Assembly (NCBI GenBank): GCA_900617105.1
Contig: UYFQ01000001.1
Coordinates: 2,418,001 to 2,482,000 of the forward strand
DNA length: 64,000 bases
Source of the DNA: Hydrurus foetidus
Taxonomy: Eukaryota
Direction of reading: 5' to 3'
In this document: piece after piece, positions 59,915 through 64,000 of the stretch
Layout: each line of letters begins with the position of its first letter
Numbering within the stretch: position 1 is the stretch's first letter
Program-made: the position numbers and the translations under genes
Notes under the pieces: model-generated
What the model saw: only the letters and a program-made list of their open reading frames with translations
Told to the model about the DNA's origin: nothing
The model's database searches: none

Positions 59915-60733
59915 CTACTCTTTGTAGTAGACCACTTGATGGGTGGTGGCCAACAGCACCCCATCACTGGACCACAACTGGGCGCTGTGGTCGAAAAAAC
60001 CGTTGAAAAAACACTGCGCTTTGGCTTGGCCAAATATAAAGTCAGTGCCCAGTGCGGCTAGCTCAACAGCATCGGCATGAAAGTACACCGTCATCGACAC
60101 GGTGCCAATGGGCACAAAGGTGCGGCGGCGCAAATACACGCGCGGAAAGAACGAGTCTGCCAGCGCGGTGAGCGATGCGAAGTCAATGCTGCGCTCTTGA
60201 ATGTCGCGTACCCACATTTGGGTGAGCGTGTCGCCTTCGGTGCCGTCCCACACGGTGGGCAAATGGCCAGTCAACGCGCGCATGTCGTAGCGTTGGGTCC
60301 ACGGGAGTTTGGGCGGCGCAGAGCGGCTCAATCGCGCGGCGGGCGCCACAGTGGGCATGTGCGATTCAATGCTGCTAAAGGTTGTGCGGCGCGCGGCAGT
60401 CACTGCTGTGGCAGTGATGACAACCGCATCACCCTGCGTGAGTTCAATCGTCCAGTGCTGGGTTGAGCGATTGGTGCGCGCTGGCTTGGCAGTGATTTCA
60501 AATGCACCTTCAGCCACGCCTGCGCAAAAGTTAACGGTCAGCGCCACCGGGTTACCCAAGCGGTCGGGGTGTTGAATCACGGCCTGCAACATCACCGCCG
60601 CCGTGATGCCGCCAAACGGCCCGACCATGTTCATCCAGGCACTGTGGGTGCTGCCGCTGTATCTGCCATCACCCAAGTTACCCAAGCTCTGCAGGGCAAT
60701 GGCTTGGTCGAAGTCGAAGGCGCTTTGAGTCAT
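59915..60733 (-). CDS. Thioesterase family protein (double hotdog)
   Basis: NMVGPFGG, LADSFFPR, TVSMTVYFH, GFFDH. Confidence 0.88.
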   Translation of the reverse strand: MTQSAFDFDQAIALQSLGNLGDGRYSGSTHSAWMNMVGPFGGITAAVMLQAVIQHPDRLGNPVALTVNFCAGVAEGAFEITAKPARTNRSTQHWTIELTQGDAVVITATAVTAARRTTFSSIESHMPTVAPAARLSRSAPPKLPWTQRYDMRALTGHLPTVWDGTEGDTLTQMWVRDIQERSIDFASLTALADSFFPRVYLRRRTFVPIGTVSMTVYFHADAVELAALGTDFIFGQAKAQCFFNGFFDHSAQLWSSDGVLLATTHQVVYYKE

Positions 60734-60753
60734 GATGTGATGTCTGGCGTAAC

Positions 60754-60802
60754 TGCTATATAAATAGGAGCTGCTAGCGCCCGTATTTATTGGACTAGAA
60801 GC
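60754..60802 (+). repeat. Family-1 repeat
   Basis: TGCTATATAAATAGGAGCTGCTAGCGCCCGTATTTATTGGACTAGAAGC. Confidence 0.9.
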
Positions 60803-60855
60803 CTAAAATATACCCAGAAAGAGAATTTTTTGATACTTTTTAGATGATTTTTAAC

Positions 60856-62052
60856 TTACACCCGCTCAAAAATCCCCGCAGCGCCCTGCCCCATGCCAAC
60901 GCACATGGTGACCATGCCGTACTTGAGTTTGTGGCGCTGCAAGGCGTGGATAACGGTAGCCGCACGAATCGCACCGGTTGCGCCTAACGGATGACCAAGC
61001 GCAATCGCGCCGCCCATCGGGTTGACTTTGGCTGGGTCCAGGCCCAGCGTATTCAACACCGCCAGCGACTGGGCAGCGAACGCTTCGTTCAGTTCAAACC
61101 AGTCGATGTCGTCTTGCTTCAAACCTGCGTAACCGAGCGCCGCTGGAATCGCCTCAATCGGGCCGATGCCCATGATGTACGGCGGCACGCCCTTGGCTGC
61201 GTAGCTGACGAATCGCGCGAGCGGCTTGAGGCCAAATTGCTTAACGGCTTTTTCACTCGCCAAAATCAACGCGCCTGCGCCGTCTGATGTTTGCGAGCTG
61301 TTGCCCGCTGTGACCGAACCGCGAGCGGCAAACACGGTTTTGAGTTTTGCCAAGCTTTCTACCGTGGTGTCTGGCCGTGCGCCTTCGTCCATGTTTACCG
61401 TGCGGGTGGTGGCTATGACTTCGCCAGTTTCCAAATTGGCGGTGCGGTCAGTCACTTCAACCGGTGTGATCTCGCCCGTGAACTCACCGGCTTGCTGCGC
61501 TTTGAGCGCCTTCATGTGCGACGCGTAAGCAAACTCGTCTTGTGCGGTACGTGACACTTTCCATTGCTGGGCAACTTTTTCAGCCGTCAACCCCATGCCG
61601 TAAGCAATGCCAATGTTTTCATCATTTGCAAACATGGCGGGCGACAGCGACGGCGAATTGCCCGACATGGGCACCATGCTCATCGACTCGACACCCGCTG
61701 CAATCATGACTTCAGCCTCACCCACGCGAATGCGGTCAGCCGCCATTTGAATGGCCGACAGGCCCGATGCACAGAAACGATTGACAGTGATGCCGCCCAC
61801 GCTGGTGGGCAGGCCAGCCAGCACGGCACCAATACGCGCAATGTTCAAACCCTGCGGGCCTTCAGGAATAGCGCAGCCGCAGATGATGTCTTCAATCGCC
61901 TTGGGGTCGAGGGTAGGCACTTGTGCCAGAGCGGCTTGAAGCGCTTTGACCAGCAAATCATCAGGCCGGGTATTGCGGAAAAAACCGCGATGCGAACGGC
62001 CAATGGGCGTGCGCGTGGCGGCGACGATGTAGGCTTCCTGGATTTGTTTCAT
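60856..62052 (-). CDS. Acetyl-CoA C-acyltransferase (FadA-type thiolase)
   Basis: NRFCASG, NEAFA, GHPLGATG, CVGMGQG. Confidence 0.93.
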   Translation of the reverse strand: MKQIQEAYIVAATRTPIGRSHRGFFRNTRPDDLLVKALQAALAQVPTLDPKAIEDIICGCAIPEGPQGLNIARIGAVLAGLPTSVGGITVNRFCASGLSAIQMAADRIRVGEAEVMIAAGVESMSMVPMSGNSPSLSPAMFANDENIGIAYGMGLTAEKVAQQWKVSRTAQDEFAYASHMKALKAQQAGEFTGEITPVEVTDRTANLETGEVIATTRTVNMDEGARPDTTVESLAKLKTVFAARGSVTAGNSSQTSDGAGALILASEKAVKQFGLKPLARFVSYAAKGVPPYIMGIGPIEAIPAALGYAGLKQDDIDWFELNEAFAAQSLAVLNTLGLDPAKVNPMGGAIALGHPLGATGAIRAATVIHALQRHKLKYGMVTMCVGMGQGAAGIFERV

Positions 62053-62092
62053 GGGGTTCCTTTTTCTTAATGTGGATTGGGAGCGGGGATTG

Positions 62093-62572
62093 CCCTCACC
62101 CTAGCCTTCTTCCGGGTACGGAAGAGGGGACTGACACGGATTTGGGTTCATCTTGTTCCCTCTCCCGCTTGCGGGAGAGGTTGACATCTTGTTCCCTCTC
62201 CCGCTTGCGGGAGAGGGCTAGGGTGAGGGTCTCAGCGGTTTGAAAACTCTTCTCAAGTACGCCATCGATCTGAGTAAAAACATCGTTGTTCCAAAACCGC
62301 AAGGTCTGAAAGCCCGAGGAAGCCATATCGCTTTCGCGCTTGATGTCATAGGCGTTGTCAACATGCTGACCACCGTCCAGCTCAATAACCAGGCCGATTT
62401 CAAGGCATGCGAAATCCGCAAAGTATGAGCCAATCGGGCGCTGGCGACGAAACTTGAGATTCAATATTTGACGGGCTCGGAGTTTTGACCAGAGCAATGT
62501 CTCTGCATCTGTCTGGCCTTGTCTTAGCGCGCGTGCCCTCACCCTAGCCCTCTCCCGCGAGCGGGAGAGGGG
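62093..62572. repeat. Family-2 palindrome cluster around the DUF559 gene
   Basis: Copies at 62093-62129 (fwd), ~62158-62180 (partial, from a 36-bp tandem duplication), ~62193-62229 (rev) and 62536-62572 (fwd). Confidence 0.9.
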
Positions 62573-62602
62573 ATTTACGTCGGGAACGGTGCTTGCTGAC
62601 AC
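62096..62602 (-). CDS. DUF559 (Vsr-like) endonuclease
   Basis: ARALR..QTDAE.LLW.KLR, KFRRQ.PIG.YFADF, IELDGGQH, LRFWNNDV. Confidence 0.9.
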   Translation of the reverse strand: MSASTVPDVNPLSRSRERARVRARALRQGQTDAETLLWSKLRARQILNLKFRRQRPIGSYFADFACLEIGLVIELDGGQHVDNAYDIKRESDMASSGFQTLRFWNNDVFTQIDGVLEKSFQTAETLTLALSRKREREQDVNLSRKREREQDEPKSVSVPSSVPGRRLG

Positions 62603-63109
62603 TTACTTCCTCGGCCCAGTCGGTATCCACGCCCACACAAATTCACACTCAATCGGCTGGTTGCCCGATTCGTCAGTCACCGTCACAGCCACGGTAACTT
62701 CGCCTTTGGTGGTGCTGCGGATCAGCTCGCGCTGCTCGCCTGTCAAAGTGGCCACAGCGCGCATCGCACCCTGGCCGCGCTTTTTAAACTGCACGCGCAT
62801 GTCTTTGACGACCGGAATGCAGTCATCACGCACATTCATGCCCATCACCATGCCAGTGGCGGTTTCAGCGGCCAATGTGCTGGCTACGGCATGCACGCCG
62901 CCGATGTGGTTACGCACTTTGTGTTGGTTCGCCACAAAGATTTGCACGCTGCTGGTCGACATTTCTTCATAACGTAGCTTGGCCGTACCCGTAAAGGGGA
63001 CGGCACGGCCCAGCACCACACTGCGAAACCACGGGCGCGCAAATGCAGGCACTTCTTGCAGCCGCTCTAGCTGACGCTCCAGGCGATTGGGTGTGTGCTT
63101 AGCCGCCAT
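62603..63109 (-). CDS. DUF4442-like hotdog-fold protein
   Basis: VPFTGT, NHIGGVHA...LAAETATG. Confidence 0.8.
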   Translation of the reverse strand: MAAKHTPNRLERQLERLQEVPAFARPWFRSVVLGRAVPFTGTAKLRYEEMSTSSVQIFVANQHKVRNHIGGVHAVASTLAAETATGMVMGMNVRDDCIPVVKDMRVQFKKRGQGAMRAVATLTGEQRELIRSTTKGEVTVAVTVTDESGNQPIECEFVWAWIPTGPRK

Positions 63110-64000
63110 TAGTTTCTGACAGGCTTGCCAGTACTCATCATCCCCATGATCCGCTCCTGCGTTTTCGGGTGCTCAAGCAGCGAGCAAAACGCCTTGCGCT
63201 CCAGCGTCATCAAATACTCTTCGGTCACCAGCGTGCCGTTGTCGACATCACCGCCGCAGACCACGTTGGCGATCAAGCTGGCGATGTGAAAGTCGTGCGC
63301 GCTGATAAAGCCGCCGTCGCGCATGTTGACGAGCTGGCCCTTGATGGTGGCCAGGCCGCTGCGACCCACAACCGGGAAACTGCGCTTAAGTGGCGCTCGG
63401 TAGCCGGAGTCGTACATCGCACGCGCTTCGTTGATGGCGACAAACAGCAGCTCATTGACGTTGGGAACAATCACATCGCTTTCCAGGAGATAGCCCACCT
63501 TGCGGCTGTCAATCGCGCCGGTACCCACGGTGGCCATGGCCGCTGCGGTAAAGCCCTCGATCAAAAACGGCAGCATGTCTTTGTTAGTAGATTTGGCAGC
63601 GTTTTCGGCCGCGCGGCGGGCAATATAGGCCAGGCCGCCCGCGCCGGGCACCAAGCCCACGCCGACTTCAACCAGGCCAATGTAGCTTTCCATTGCAGCA
63701 ACGCGCTTGGCTGAATAAACCGCCATCTCGCAACCACCGCCCAGTGCCAAGCCGCGAATGGCCGACACAACCGGCACAGCGGCGTAACGCATTTTCAGCA
63801 TCACTTTTTGCAGCTCGCCCTCTACCTCATCAATGGCGGCTACGCCGCTCATCATGAAGGCAGGCAGCATGGCTTGCAGGTCAGCACCGGCCGAGAACAT
63901 CTCGTCGTTTGACCAGATGACCATGCCTTTGTAGCTTTTTTCGGCCATGTCAACAGCCAGTGCCAAGCCTTCGGCCACGTCTGGGCTGATGGCGTGCATT
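63109..64000 (-). CDS. 3-hydroxyacyl-CoA dehydrogenase/enoyl-CoA hydratase, C-terminal part (5' end outside window)
   Basis: FSAGADL, ALGGGCE, GLVEVGVGLVPGAGG, TGKPVRN end. Confidence 0.9.
   Translation of the reverse strand, partial: MHAISPDVAEGLALAVDMAEKSYKGMVIWSNDEMFSAGADLQAMLPAFMMSGVAAIDEVEGELQKVMLKMRYAAVPVVSAIRGLALGGGCEMAVYSAKRVAAMESYIGLVEVGVGLVPGAGGLAYIARRAAENAAKSTNKDMLPFLIEGFTAAAMATVGTGAIDSRKVGYLLESDVIVPNVNELLFVAINEARAMYDSGYRAPLKRSFPVVGRSGLATIKGQLVNMRDGGFISAHDFHIASLIANVVCGGDVDNGTLVTEEYLMTLERKAFCSLLEHPKTQERIMGMMSTGKPVRN

Overview
Chromosomal window from a betaproteobacterium, probably Comamonadaceae (Polaromonas/Rhodoferax-like). This assignment is inferred from gene content only. Positions 1-16.3 kb and 34.5-64 kb are mostly housekeeping and metabolic genes: bioC-like, comF, trmL, kefC, a Ser/Thr kinase next to a cyclase-FHA gene, thiolases, MoxR/VWA, htpX, pyrC, a gltIJKL-type ABC transporter, an Atm1-type exporter, a paaX/paaABCDEGKI phenylacetate cluster and beta-oxidation genes. 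The accessory block is 16.4-34.4 kb. (1) A ~7.2 kb integrative mobilisable element (tyrosine integrase, Xis-like HTH, MOBV relaxase with oriT, nuclease cargo) splits the host tRNA-Arg(CCT) at the anticodon loop with a 9-bp CCTCCTAAG duplication. It does not rebuild that gene at either junction; it carries its own complete, divergent tRNA-Arg(CCT). (2) A type I R-M locus has hsdM clipped by an IS3 element. It also holds a Fic gene with three phased palindromes, a BrnTA-like pair and a DUF3800 gene with a predicted antisense structured RNA. Two dispersed repeat families stand out. A ~49-bp element has 16 copies, 4 of them in-frame inside genes. A CCCTCACCC...GAGAGGG palindrome flanks a DUF559 endonuclease gene as inverted repeats, also occurs as an empty doublet, and is inserted in-frame in two genes. 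Product calls come from motif recognition, not database searches.
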